A stretch of DNA of 64,000 bases from Tequatrovirus BCH953P4: sequence record OZ035789.1; one strand, written 5' to 3'. Below, piece by piece: positions 28,241-38,126 of the stretch (its first letter is position 1; the number at the start of each line of letters is the position of its first letter). The notes beneath the pieces are model-generated. The model had not been told where the DNA came from and did no database searches. It saw only the letters and a program-made list of their open reading frames with translations. A program made the translations under genes and the position numbers.

Positions 28241-28248
28241 TATTTATA
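28241..28248 (-). promoter_or_regulatory. Late promoter TATAAATA upstream of the rI.1/rI genes
   Basis: Exact TATAAATA on the minus strand about 25 nt upstream of the ATG at 28215. Confidence 0.5.
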
Positions 28249-28257
28249 ACTTTTGCA

Positions 28258-28839
28258 CTAACCGAGCTTTTTAGTTAATTCATTCCAATGTTTTCTACAC
28301 AAAGAAACATAAATTTCATCACCAATACAGATTTGATTACCTTCTTTAACGGGTGTTCCATCTTCCATTAATCGAGCTGTCATAATCGCTTTTTTGCCGC
28401 AATGACAAACTGCCTTCAGTTCAATAAGTTTATCTGCAATTGCCAAAAGTTCTTTAGAACCTTCAAATAATTTTCCGGCGAAATCAGTCCTTAATCCATA
28501 AGCCATAACAGGAACATTATATGTATCAACAATTCGGCTCAATTGATGCACCTGTTCAGTTTTTAAAAACTGGGCTTCATCTACAAATACGCAATGAATA
28601 TCTTTTTGTGCTTCAGCCCATTTATAGAACTCGAAAATATCCATATCATCTGTAATAATATTCGCTTCCTGTTTAATTCCAATGCGAGAAACGACTTCAC
28701 AGACAGAATCACGAGTATCAATAGCAGGCTTAAGAACTAATACACTCATTCCACGTTCTTTATAATTATGTGCAGCAGTCAAAAGAGAAGCAGATTTTCC
28801 AGCATTCATTGCTGCATAAGTAAAAATTAAACTCGCCAT
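28258..28839 (-). CDS. tk: Thymidine kinase, 193 aa
   Basis: P-loop AAMNAGKS near N-terminus and C-terminal Cys cluster typical of type II thymidine kinases; size matches T4 Tk. Confidence 0.9.
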   Translation of the reverse strand: MASLIFTYAAMNAGKSASLLTAAHNYKERGMSVLVLKPAIDTRDSVCEVVSRIGIKQEANIITDDMDIFEFYKWAEAQKDIHCVFVDEAQFLKTEQVHQLSRIVDTYNVPVMAYGLRTDFAGKLFEGSKELLAIADKLIELKAVCHCGKKAIMTARLMEDGTPVKEGNQICIGDEIYVSLCRKHWNELTKKLG

Positions 28840-28848
28840 ATCACCTTC

Positions 28849-29034
28849 TTAAAGCGTATTCACATAAGCTATTAATTCGTTTTCTTTCTTATCAAACCGA
28901 TCAGCAAATTCTTCCTGTTGTTCAGGAGATAGCGGGCCGTATTCATCATAAAAGGTGTTTGCTTCTGTATGCTCATCTAGAAGTTCATGGATAAGCTCAA
29001 ACAATTTATCTTTTTGTTCTTTACTCAGACTCAT
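28849..29034 (-). CDS. Hypothetical acidic protein, 61 aa
   Basis: ORF track; ATG start. Confidence 0.5.
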   Translation of the reverse strand: MSLSKEQKDKLFELIHELLDEHTEANTFYDEYGPLSPEQQEEFADRFDKKENELIAYVNTL

Positions 29035-29204
29035 ATATTAATTTCCAGGAGTTTTAAAATAATTCGCTTTTGCTTAAATATTTCCACAGTTAAATGATCA
29101 GTATCTTTTTGACCAATTCCAATGGCAAAACCTTTATTAACAGCGAGTTCAATTAAATTATCAAGTTCACGTAACACTTCATATTGTAACTCAGAACTAT
29201 TCAT
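29031..29204 (-). CDS. Small protein, 57 aa, not in ORF track
   Basis: Hand translation MNSSELQYEVLRELDNLIELAVNKGF…; ATGA overlaps on both sides. Confidence 0.35.
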   Translation of the reverse strand: MNSSELQYEVLRELDNLIELAVNKGFAIGIGQKDTDHLTVEIFKQKRIILKLLEINI

Positions 29205-29407
29205 TTCGGTTTACCTTCTTTAACGAAATCTGGATAAGGATAAAATCCCGAATAAAATCCTTCACCTTTATGATTGATGCATCCTTTATTAGAACAATAG
29301 CACCAATAATCGAAATCACAAACCATTTCATCGTTGCATAAAGCAAAAACAACCGGCCATTTACACTTTTCACAGTGGGCATTTTTAAGAATACTTGTTT
29401 GGCTCAT
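29201..29407 (-). CDS. Cys-rich small protein, about 68 aa
   Basis: Start refined to internal ATG with ATGA overlap to the upstream stop; nine Cys residues (CEKCK…CNDEMVCDFDYWCYCSNKGC). Confidence 0.45.
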   Translation of the reverse strand: MSQTSILKNAHCEKCKWPVVFALCNDEMVCDFDYWCYCSNKGCINHKGEGFYSGFYPYPDFVKEGKPK

Positions 29408-29616
29408 AACCATGTAACCTTTAAGCAATATTCTTCTACGTGCTGTTTACGACCTTTCTTATCAATAAAGGTATATTCAACGAATGTTCCAATATAGTCT
29501 TTATCTACATCATGCGGACTATTAATTGGACATTTAGTACGGCAAATGCGTTCCCATTGACGAATAATTTCCACTTTGTTTTTAGGATCAAACGGATGCG
29601 GGTAATGTACTTTCAT
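29404..29616 (-). CDS. Hypothetical protein, 70 aa
   Basis: ORF track; ATG start. Confidence 0.5.
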   Translation of the reverse strand: MKVHYPHPFDPKNKVEIIRQWERICRTKCPINSPHDVDKDYIGTFVEYTFIDKKGRKQHVEEYCLKVTWL

Positions 29617-30067
29617 AATCCACCACTATTAAATCAATATCAGGAGTAAACATGTCGATTAATTTAGAAACCTTATCCCAATCGCCGCCAGCAATACCGC
29701 AACCTATGCGTGGAATGTAAATTACTGGTTTAAACAAAAGGGTTTCTGCCTGTAGATTTAATTCTATCATGCAGTTTACTAAAGCACCATAATCAAGATT
29801 AGGACCCGGTTCATATTGCGTATACAGGTTATAGCATATACCAAATCCTGTAGGATTATGTTTAAAAACAATAGACATATCGCCTAATTTATCACGAGAA
29901 CCGTACTCGGTAGTGGTTTTATCTATTTCCAAAATTTTAGGATAGGCTCTTGCTAATTGACCTGCTACGCCAGAGCCCATTGTGTGGAAGCAATTGCACC
30001 CATGCGCAATAATATTACCTTGAAGAAATAGGGCGACAAGATCGCCCTTGATATATTTTACAATCAT
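29588..30067 (-). CDS. Macro-domain-like protein, 159 aa
   Basis: IIAHGCNCFHTMGSGVAGQLARAYP resembles the macrodomain glycine-rich ADP-ribose-binding motif; ATG start. Confidence 0.5.
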   Translation of the reverse strand: MIVKYIKGDLVALFLQGNIIAHGCNCFHTMGSGVAGQLARAYPKILEIDKTTTEYGSRDKLGDMSIVFKHNPTGFGICYNLYTQYEPGPNLDYGALVNCMIELNLQAETLLFKPVIYIPRIGCGIAGGDWDKVSKLIDMFTPDIDLIVVDYESTLPASV

Positions 30068-30405
30068 CTAGTACTCAATCCTCGATTATAAGAATCTACT
30101 AAACGGTCAACCATTGAATGACAAGCGGCTTTATCTTTCTCCTCCGCAACTGAACATTCTAAGGTATTCCACTTTTTAGCATATCGTTTTAACAATGTAT
30201 CATTTTTGTATCTGCTTGATTTATCTCTTTCTCCGTCTTTATATGCATATATTAATTTCTGCGCAAATTCAGCTTGGCATGCTTTATTTTTCCCACAATA
30301 ATCCGCGGCAGTACGGTTTACATACTCTCTAATTTCAGTATATGATGTATCTGCTAACGCAGAAAATGAAATTAATCCTATACATAAAACCAAAATTTTA
30401 GTCAT
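30064..30405 (-). CDS. Secreted small protein, 113 aa, with signal peptide and four Cys
   Basis: N-terminal MTKILVLCIGLISFSALA signal-like segment. Confidence 0.5.
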   Translation of the reverse strand: MTKILVLCIGLISFSALADTSYTEIREYVNRTAADYCGKNKACQAEFAQKLIYAYKDGERDKSSRYKNDTLLKRYAKKWNTLECSVAEEKDKAACHSMVDRLVDSYNRGLSTR

Positions 30406-30943
30406 TTACTATTTCCAAAAGTTTATTATTTTTAAGGTAATTAGCCTTTTCTAGGACTTCAGAAGCATATTTAGAACCAGCTTTAACATTCCATCCCGAA
30501 TTATAAGAGGATATTGCTTTTCTTATATCGCCCTTATGTATATTTAACCAATAAGAAAGTTCAATGTACGCCCAGGAAGCTGAATTGGATCGTTTATTCA
30601 ACATTCTTTTTATTTCAGCATCGGTCATATTATAACCAAGTTCCTTAACTCTTGCTCGCATAGTAGGCAAATAATTTTGGAACATTCCGTAGGCGTGATG
30701 CTTTGGTTTAGATTTTAAATTAACTCCGCCAGAGCTTTCTTGCCATAAAATGGCTGCCATTATATGGCCCAATCCGCTCTTGTGGATGTTTTTGTGTGTT
30801 TTATATTTTCCATCCTTAGAAAATTGTTCCCCGAATTGATATGCGTAGCGCATGTTATCGAGTTGGACATTACTGAAAGTATGCTCGGAGCTATGTGCCA
30901 TCATTGAAATGGCCAATAGACCAGCGAGTAGTGCTTTTCTCAT
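30398..30943 (-). CDS. Secreted lytic transglycosylase-like protein (SLT domain), 181 aa
   Basis: Signal peptide MRKALLAGLLAISMMAHS; SLT-like motifs WQESSG, YGMFQ, SYNSG. Confidence 0.65.
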   Translation of the reverse strand: MRKALLAGLLAISMMAHSSEHTFSNVQLDNMRYAYQFGEQFSKDGKYKTHKNIHKSGLGHIMAAILWQESSGGVNLKSKPKHHAYGMFQNYLPTMRARVKELGYNMTDAEIKRMLNKRSNSASWAYIELSYWLNIHKGDIRKAISSYNSGWNVKAGSKYASEVLEKANYLKNNKLLEIVND

Positions 30944-30950
30944 GCTTACC

Positions 30951-31412
30951 TCATTGAGTTTTAATTACTGCTTTAGAAGCCTTTCCTGGTAAACGACGAC
31001 TGTTGATAATTGCCATCCTACATTGAAGCGACGGGTCTTTGAACTTCGCATTAGGTTTACAAACTGTAAATCCAAGCCAAAGATTTCCATCTGTGATTTC
31101 TAAACGTCCAGGGCGATATTCAACCCCATCAATAAAATCCTCGTCAATGTCAGGACGCGGAGGCATACTCAGGAATTCATTAACTTCTAAAACATGGTCT
31201 TTTATTTTGTGGAATAATTCAAAAACATATGTCTCATCAATCTCCCGTTGAATTGCACGATCAAGAAGATGCTGAGAATATTTTAGATGAAACGATGAGA
31301 CCCCTGCTGCTTTTGATGCCTCACGAATCTCATTGTTAATTTGACGAAACTCCGACTCAAAGTGACGACGAAGCTTATTTCGACGGATAAAAACTTCTGT
31401 GTTGATAGTCAT
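30951..31412 (-). CDS. regB: Site-specific endoribonuclease RegB, 153 aa
   Basis: 153 aa, N-terminus MTINTEVFIRRNKLRRHFESEFRQ matches remembered T4 RegB; GAGGAGAA Shine-Dalgarno. Confidence 0.8.
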   Translation of the reverse strand: MTINTEVFIRRNKLRRHFESEFRQINNEIREASKAAGVSSFHLKYSQHLLDRAIQREIDETYVFELFHKIKDHVLEVNEFLSMPPRPDIDEDFIDGVEYRPGRLEITDGNLWLGFTVCKPNAKFKDPSLQCRMAIINSRRLPGKASKAVIKTQ

Positions 31413-31439
31413 GTTATTCTCCTCTTAACTGATAGAAAA

Positions 31440-31469
31440 ATTATACCACAGTCAAGAGGAAAAGTAAAC
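31440..31469 (-). promoter_or_regulatory. Early promoter for regB: -35 GTTTACT, 17-nt spacer, extended -10 TGgTATAAT
   Basis: Read on the minus strand about 30 nt upstream of the regB ATG. Confidence 0.55.
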
Positions 31470-31471
31470 AG

Positions 31472-31750
31472 TTATTCTTTAAATCTAATCAATTTATTCA
31501 TAGACTTTGTAACTTCTGCACGAACCTCATGTAGATTTTTGAGCTGTTCAAGACGCTGCTCATAGTAAGCAATTTCATCTTCTTCGAGACAGTCCTGTGA
31601 ATCTTCTTTAAGATAGCGTGCATAGTCCTGGAAAGCGTTACGGACTACTTCCTGGAAATCATCAAGACTTTGAATTTTCTTAGGAGCAACAGATACACGA
31701 CGAGGGGCAGTATAATACTCATAACCAAACCCTGCGCTTAATTGAGCCAT
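31472..31750 (-). CDS. Hypothetical acidic protein, about 92 aa (vs.3 position)
   Basis: ORF-track start is GTG; internal ATG chosen. Confidence 0.4.
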   Translation of the reverse strand: MAQLSAGFGYEYYTAPRRVSVAPKKIQSLDDFQEVVRNAFQDYARYLKEDSQDCLEEDEIAYYEQRLEQLKNLHEVRAEVTKSMNKLIRFKE

Positions 31751-32052
31751 TAATATTTTTCCTCTGGTTGGAACACAGCACGACAAGCCCACATACTGGC
31801 TTCTTTGAGTTTCGTTTTAGCAATAGTTAACTGATCGAGGCTTTCGGCATAATTCTTCGCGAATTCACAGTCTTCACAATTATCTAGTGCTTCCCAGAAT
31901 TCATCGTATAAAGCATCAAAGATAAGTCCTAAACGAACTTCAGCGTCTTTGATGGCATTCACTTTACCGATTTTCTTTTCAGTATGCGGCTTATAACCCT
32001 TAATATCTTCAATCATATTTGACTTCCTCACCAGTACATAAATCATATTCAA
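31750..32052 (-). CDS. Hypothetical protein (vs.4 position); possible Acb2-like cyclic-nucleotide sponge by position only
   Basis: ORF track; start may be an internal Met; assignment rests on gene order. Confidence 0.35.
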   Translation of the reverse strand: MNMIYVLVRKSNMIEDIKGYKPHTEKKIGKVNAIKDAEVRLGLIFDALYDEFWEALDNCEDCEFAKNYAESLDQLTIAKTKLKEASMWACRAVFQPEEKY

Positions 32053-32230
32053 CTAAACGAATAGGTTCATGAATGCCATATCCCTGAACAGAAATTTCTG
32101 TAGTAGGATAAATTCCATCAATATCACCCATGTTCCATGCTTCGTTAAATTGCTGTTCGCCTGAATTACTAAACCATTCGGCAAAAGCATTTAGCACATC
32201 TTCAGAACCTTCAATAATTATCTTTGCCAT
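32009..32230 (-). CDS. Hypothetical acidic protein, 73 aa
   Basis: ORF track. Confidence 0.45.
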   Translation of the reverse strand: MAKIIIEGSEDVLNAFAEWFSNSGEQQFNEAWNMGDIDGIYPTTEISVQGYGIHEPIRLVEYDLCTGEEVKYD

Positions 32231-32592
32231 TACAAACTCTCGGTAAAGGTACGAGCGATAACATCGCGCTGCTGTTCCGGAGTCAGAGAGTTAAAGCGAA
32301 CTGCATAACCGGATACACGGATGGTCAGCTGCGGATATTTTTCCGGATGCTTAACTGCATCTTCCAGAGTTTCACGACGCAGAACGTTAACGTTCAGGTG
32401 TTGACCACCTTCAATTTTAACTGTAGGTTGTGTTTCAATTTCAATTTCACGGGCGTGCAAACCATAGAAAATTTCTGGGTCTACAAAAGAGTCCTCTTTA
32501 AAGGTTTTAGAGACAATAATTCGCGCTTGAATACCATCTTCAAAATAAATAGTACCTTTATGCGTGCCTTCAAGAATTTGATATGCTTTCAT
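32230..32592 (-). CDS. Autonomous glycyl radical cofactor-like protein (GrcA/YfiD-like), 120 aa
   Basis: C-terminal …[55 protein letters not shown] contains the RVSGYAV glycyl-radical motif of PFL/GrcA. Confidence 0.8.
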   Translation of the reverse strand: MKAYQILEGTHKGTIYFEDGIQARIIVSKTFKEDSFVDPEIFYGLHAREIEIETQPTVKIEGGQHLNVNVLRRETLEDAVKHPEKYPQLTIRVSGYAVRFNSLTPEQQRDVIARTFTESL

Positions 32593-32599
32593 ATAAACC

Positions 32600-32980
32600 T
32601 CAATTAGAAAATAAATTTATCCAAGATTGTTCTTTAATTAAAAATGGCTCAGAATCATATGCCATTAAACTCTGTGTGATTAGTCCTTTAAAAGGCCCAT
32701 CAATAAATTCCATGGTAAAATATGGAATTTTATTCATTAGCCGTGCATTAGGAGCAGTACATAAAACTCTGCATCCTTTGAATACACCCTTTTGTAATTT
32801 GTATTGCTTGGGATAAAATTCGCTCAAAATGTTATTATTCGCTAAAATTTCAAAATGATTCACCAATTTATTTTTAATAGTTTTTGGTGAAAAATAGAGA
32901 TATTCGAAAAGCTGTGCGTCTGTCATCATTGCATTCCGATTACGAAAAACTGTGGACGAGTAATACCACCAATGCAACAT
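32600..32980 (-). CDS. Hypothetical protein, 126 aa
   Basis: ORF track. Confidence 0.5.
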   Translation of the reverse strand: MLHWWYYSSTVFRNRNAMMTDAQLFEYLYFSPKTIKNKLVNHFEILANNNILSEFYPKQYKLQKGVFKGCRVLCTAPNARLMNKIPYFTMEFIDGPFKGLITQSLMAYDSEPFLIKEQSWINLFSN

Positions 32981-33465
32981 TTACTATTGCAACAGTACTG
33001 TACAGTGTCAATATGAGCATCATAAATCTTATCCATATCAGGAGATTTGACAGGCTCATCAATTATATACAAAATTCGCGAAAGCGATAAACCTCTGAAC
33101 TTGCTTCCTTTATTACCAATAAAACTGCGCACAGAATCAGTAAATAAACGAAAACGTATATCATCATTAGAATAACGCGAAAATTCCTTTTTAATGTCAT
33201 CTGCGGAATTTTTAGCATAAACTGAAGTATTAGAAAGAACAATAACTGTTCCGCCATCATACAACCAGTTAGCAGCGAAGTTAGTCACAGCAATTGATTT
33301 ACCGGATTGACGTCCACCATCTATACGAAGTGTGCAGTACTGTTTAAGTAAGTCTTCAAATGATAGGATATAATCGTTTTTACAAATTTCTTCTACTCTA
33401 GCATCAGAATGGTGTGTAAAAGCATTCATCAGGGATAGATAAGGACCAGTTAAAAATGTTCTCAT
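32926..33465 (-). CDS. P-loop-containing protein, 179 aa
   Basis: GGRQSGKS Walker A-like motif. Confidence 0.5.
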   Translation of the reverse strand: MRTFLTGPYLSLMNAFTHHSDARVEEICKNDYILSFEDLLKQYCTLRIDGGRQSGKSIAVTNFAANWLYDGGTVIVLSNTSVYAKNSADDIKKEFSRYSNDDIRFRLFTDSVRSFIGNKGSKFRGLSLSRILYIIDEPVKSPDMDKIYDAHIDTVQYCCNSKCCIGGITRPQFFVIGMQ

Positions 33466-33617
33466 TTCTTCTCTCTAAATTTGGGCCATTCCATGGCGCA
33501 TGAATTGTCCATTTCTGTATTTACCCATTACCGCACTTGGGCTCGACCTTATTACAGGTTGGCGGGAATCCCTCACAGAATCATGAGGTCCAGCTTGTTC
33601 CCATATTTCTTATTTGC

Positions 33618-34091
33618 TTATTTGAATGATTTAACGTACTGAATAGAACCTTTACTATTCACAAAGGCAATTTTACCATTTTTGTTATACATGGTAGCAG
33701 TACGCTGATAGCCATAAGTTTGTTTACCAGATTGATAACCAACTAATGCAAAATTATCTTCACCCATTTTATTCTGTTTAGCGCGAATGCGTTCATGACC
33801 ATGTGCCATAAGAACCTTAGCATCACCAGTTGCAATGGATCTACGAGTTTTTTCATCTTCAACTGTATTAACAAAGTCGTCAAATGAATCAAATTTAGCA
33901 TGAGATTTATTATACAGTTTTCCATCTACTGCATAATTATATCCCTGTACATCCATCTCAACTTCTGTACCATCATCCAATACAGCAGTGATTTTTTGAC
34001 CTTTTTTAAATTTCAAAAGATCAGTAAAAGATTCAGCAATAATTTGAGAATTAATAGCTGCTTCAGTGATAAATTCTTGATATGTTTTCAT
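33618..34091 (-). CDS. Internal protein (IP family), 157 aa, with capsid-targeting leader
   Basis: N-terminus MKTYQEFITEA matches the conserved IP capsid-targeting sequence cleaved after Glu by the prohead protease. Confidence 0.6.
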   Translation of the reverse strand: MKTYQEFITEAAINSQIIAESFTDLLKFKKGQKITAVLDDGTEVEMDVQGYNYAVDGKLYNKSHAKFDSFDDFVNTVEDEKTRRSIATGDAKVLMAHGHERIRAKQNKMGEDNFALVGYQSGKQTYGYQRTATMYNKNGKIAFVNSKGSIQYVKSFK

Positions 34092-34100
34092 ATGTTTCCT

Positions 34101-34517
34101 TTAAATGTAAATATTTTTACCGTAATACTTATACCAATGTGGTTTCATTAAAATTTTTTCATCAAGTCGTTGTTGACTCAATTTAATAGCTGATTTGCAT
34201 GGATTATAATCATTTTTCCATTCTACTGGAATATCGCTGATGTCAGGAACTTCAGTATCTTTTATACTGAACCCTCGTTTTAAGCATTCCGTTATAATGT
34301 CCGATTGACGCTTTCGCAAAAATTCTAACTTATCGTAAAAGAAAGTAACATGACCAGAACCTAAAATAAATTTAGAAGATATTTTAAAATCTTTAACGCG
34401 CTTACCATTTGCCACATGCTTACGAACTATACCAAAAACACGTGGCAATTCACGATATTCTGCGATTAAATGTTGATCAGCAAGTTCAGATACTAAAGTC
34501 AAATTAATACGAGTCAT
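34101..34517 (-). CDS. denV: Endonuclease V DenV (pyrimidine dimer DNA glycosylase), 138 aa
   Basis: [17 protein letters not shown]…ELPRVFG…[16 protein letters not shown] matches remembered T4 DenV with substitutions. Confidence 0.9.
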   Translation of the reverse strand: MTRINLTLVSELADQHLIAEYRELPRVFGIVRKHVANGKRVKDFKISSKFILGSGHVTFFYDKLEFLRKRQSDIITECLKRGFSIKDTEVPDISDIPVEWKNDYNPCKSAIKLSQQRLDEKILMKPHWYKYYGKNIYI

Positions 34518-34542
34518 TTTATCCCTCCAAGTAACTGTGAAT

Positions 34543-34572
34543 ATACTATCACAATTCTAGGAGAAAGTAAAC
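34543..34572 (-). promoter_or_regulatory. Early promoter for denV: -35 GTTTACT, 17-nt spacer, -10 TAGTAT
   Basis: Read on the minus strand upstream of the denV ATG. Confidence 0.5.
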
Positions 34573-34576
34573 AACT

Positions 34577-35545
<969 letters not shown>

Positions 35546-35549
<4 letters not shown>

Positions 35550-35845
35550 TTTAATTTCCTGCAATCACTCACAAACTCTTTCATTGATTCATTTTCAATA
35601 TAAGACATGTAGCTATTATATTCTTTTAATTGTATTTTGTAATCCTTTTTTCTTTGCCAATTTATTTTAAAATTATCATAATGAAAATATAACATGGTAC
35701 CAAAGAATGAAAATAATGAAATAATTTTAGTATAGTGAAGTTCACTCCAAACTTCTGTTATATTTACTGTGCCGTCGATGTTTAAAATAAGACAGTCAAT
35801 TAACAATCCAAAAAGACTACCCGCAAGAGCTGCAGCCAACGCCAC
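35546..35845 (-). CDS. Small membrane protein, 99 aa
   Basis: ORF track; hydrophobic segments. Confidence 0.45.
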
Positions 35846-35890
35846 AGCAAAAATTAAAAAATGACTCAGGAAGAGAATATTTGACTTTAT

Positions 35891-36304
35891 TTAGTTTTGG
35901 CTTTTGCATCGTGATTCCTTAACAAATTTCATAATTTCATCAAATTCGTATGCAGCAAGTTTAAGCTGGTGTTCCTTTTTAATCTTTTTACACTGTGCTT
36001 TCCAATCACGTACGCGTTTACGATAATGTCTTCCTTGATACCAGTATCCTACCCAATTTACCGGTACTAATAAAAGTGGAACTACCAATGGAAGAATTAG
36101 CATTAACACAAGTATTTCGCCAGAATCAATATCAGTCATAACATCTAAAACACCTCCAATAATCAATAGAATTACAAATGATATAAGTATAACAGGACCT
36201 ATTAATACATCGGTAGAAATTATCTGGTGCTTTGATTCATACTTCAAAGGTTTACTTGGAAGGTATAGTGATGGTTTTGACATATTCTCTACATTCCTTA
36301 ACAA
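35891..36304 (-). CDS. Membrane protein, 137 aa, two predicted helices
   Basis: ORF track. Confidence 0.5.
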   Translation of the reverse strand: MLRNVENMSKPSLYLPSKPLKYESKHQIISTDVLIGPVILISFVILLIIGGVLDVMTDIDSGEILVLMLILPLVVPLLLVPVNWVGYWYQGRHYRKRVRDWKAQCKKIKKEHQLKLAAYEFDEIMKFVKESRCKSQN

Positions 36305-36863
36305 ATTTTTCTAATAATAAATCGCTTTCAAAATTGGGGTTTTCTACGAATTTATCAAAAAGATCATCAACAATAGTTAAGATATTCTTTTTACTAAGAA
36401 TACGTTTATTTTCATGCTTCGTTTCAGAATCAACTATAAGAGTAAAGAAATATTTCTTTCCCTGAAATTTTACTGTAGTATCAATATAGAATAAATTTGA
36501 CTTTTGTAAGTTACGTTTAAACCATGCGTCACTTAAACTATAAACACCGAGATAATCAAAATCGTCGTTTAAATAACATACTGTCCATTCAGGAGAAATG
36601 AAATCAGTAAATTCAACATCAAAATCACACGTCAATGAATGAATTGATTCAATACTGTTAATAAGTATTCCAGGACGTATTAAAGACTTTTTACCTCTAG
36701 AAAATCTTCCAGAAAGACTTTCATCAGTTTCATATGAAGAACCCCAATAATAATTACGTCCTTCTGCCATACGTTTAAGAGCATTTAATAATTGGTCTGG
36801 AACATCAACTTGTCTTTGGAATTCTTCAAACATTGAATTGAAATCAATTTGCATTCTTCTCAT
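36252..36863 (-). CDS. Hypothetical protein, 203 aa
   Basis: ORF track; ATG start; GGAG Shine-Dalgarno. Confidence 0.5.
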   Translation of the reverse strand: MRRMQIDFNSMFEEFQRQVDVPDQLLNALKRMAEGRNYYWGSSYETDESLSGRFSRGKKSLIRPGILINSIESIHSLTCDFDVEFTDFISPEWTVCYLNDDFDYLGVYSLSDAWFKRNLQKSNLFYIDTTVKFQGKKYFFTLIVDSETKHENKRILSKKNILTIVDDLFDKFVENPNFESDLLLEKFVKECREYVKTITIPSK

Positions 36864-36883
36864 TCCTATTTACTCCAAGTAAT

Positions 36884-36899
36884 AGGGGCCGAAGCCCCT
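36884..36899 (-). other. RNA hairpin with UUCG tetraloop (AGGGGC-UUCG-GCCCCU)
   Basis: 6-bp GC stem between ORFs 36905-37498 and 36252-36863. Confidence 0.5.
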
Positions 36900-36904
36900 T
36901 ATCA

Positions 36905-37498
36905 TTATTTCAGAGAATTAATATATTCCTGAACATCGGCAGAGGTAGTTTCAACCCCAGAAATATTACCGTTAAAGGTTTCAACTCGAGCAAGAGTATC
37001 TTCAATATCAACCTTAGTCAGCGCTGCAATTTCAACTACATCATCGGCAGTACTAATTCCAAGGGCATTTGCTGCACGAGTTTCACGGATATATTCCAAT
37101 TTAACTGCAAGTTCTTGGCGAGCATCATCCAATTCAACTACTTTCTTGGCGATTTCAATTCGCATTTCAGCATAACCATCAGCTTTAGTAGTCAACTGTT
37201 CAGCTGTTCGACGATATAGCAAACCGAGTTTAGCATGCATTGTTACATCTTGACCTTCAGAAAGAAGCTTGCGAATTTCACGCTCTTTTGATTCGGCCTG
37301 CTTATTCTTTTCAATAACAAGTTCACGAATACGTTTTTCTTCATTAATAGATTTAACAGAAGCAGTTTTTAGGTCTTTAATTTTATCAAGCAGTTTTGCT
37401 GCTGCGGCAGTATACTGTTCTTCAACAGATAGATTTTTAGCCATAGCAGAACCAAGTTTAGTGCGAATAAACTCAACAATTTTCTTCAGTGTGTTCAT
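36905..37498 (-). CDS. Coiled-coil protein, 197 aa
   Basis: ORF track; heptad-rich sequence. Confidence 0.5.
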   Translation of the reverse strand: MNTLKKIVEFIRTKLGSAMAKNLSVEEQYTAAAAKLLDKIKDLKTASVKSINEEKRIRELVIEKNKQAESKEREIRKLLSEGQDVTMHAKLGLLYRRTAEQLTTKADGYAEMRIEIAKKVVELDDARQELAVKLEYIRETRAANALGISTADDVVEIAALTKVDIEDTLARVETFNGNISGVETTSADVQEYINSLK

Positions 37499-37543
37499 AG
37501 TATTTCCTTTAGTTAATTAAGGGTTTTATAATCCGTGGGAGTA

Positions 37544-37720
37544 TTATACTCCGGATAGTTTGTAAACTATTTCAACATCGCCTTTTGCTGCTTTATAACC
37601 TTCAGCCCAAGATACAACCGAGTTTTTATCCGAAGATTCAAATTCTGGCATTGGGCTTTCGCCAATGTTCACGCAGTATGTTTCTTCATTTTCGTCGAAC
37701 CAAATAATTAAAGTAGTCAT
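37544..37720 (-). CDS. Small protein, 58 aa, not in ORF track
   Basis: Hand translation MTTLIIWFDENEETYCVNIGESPMPEFESSDKNSVVSWAEGYKAAKGDVEIVYKLSGV; GGAGAAA Shine-Dalgarno. Confidence 0.3.
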   Translation of the reverse strand: MTTLIIWFDENEETYCVNIGESPMPEFESSDKNSVVSWAEGYKAAKGDVEIVYKLSGV

Positions 37721-37788
37721 TTATTTCTCCGTTTCTGTATTTGTTTTGATAAGTCTATAATAACACCGTCCTTGGTGTTTGTACACAA

Positions 37789-38052
37789 TTATTTCATATT
37801 ATTGAAATATTCTTCTGCGATTTCGTCGTTATCATGGTAAACTTTAGAAGACAGTTTAACATAACTTTCAGCAGTGAACATGTTAATCACAACCTTTACA
37901 GTATACCACTGACCATCTTCATTACCCATTACTGCGTAAGTTTCAAACATCGGATGATCAGGACCGATAACTTTAATATCATTCACTGTACGACCAAAAT
38001 CTTCTGAAACACATTTCATAAAGAAGTTGAACAGTTCGCCGTAATTATCCAT
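37789..38052 (-). CDS. Hypothetical protein, about 88 aa, start refined to MDNYGELF
   Basis: ORF-track start lies inside the promoter -10 region; internal ATG preceded by GGAGAA. Confidence 0.45.
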   Translation of the reverse strand: MDNYGELFNFFMKCVSEDFGRTVNDIKVIGPDHPMFETYAVMGNEDGQWYTVKVVINMFTAESYVKLSSKVYHDNDEIAEEYFNNMK

Positions 38053-38096
38053 TTCATTCTCCAAGTTGTTTTTCTGTATCAGTAGTTGATAGTTGT

Positions 38097-38126
38097 ATAG
38101 TACCATGGAAGAATAGGGATGTAAAC
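38097..38126 (-). promoter_or_regulatory. Early promoter: -35 GTTTACA, 17-nt spacer, -10 TGgTACTAT
   Basis: Read on the minus strand; AT-rich upstream tract. Confidence 0.5.

Noticed and set aside
33063-33925. Minus-strand ORFs 33063-33260 and 33743-33925
   Set aside because: Nested in alternative frames inside longer, better-supported ORFs (32926-33465 and the IP gene 33618-34091).
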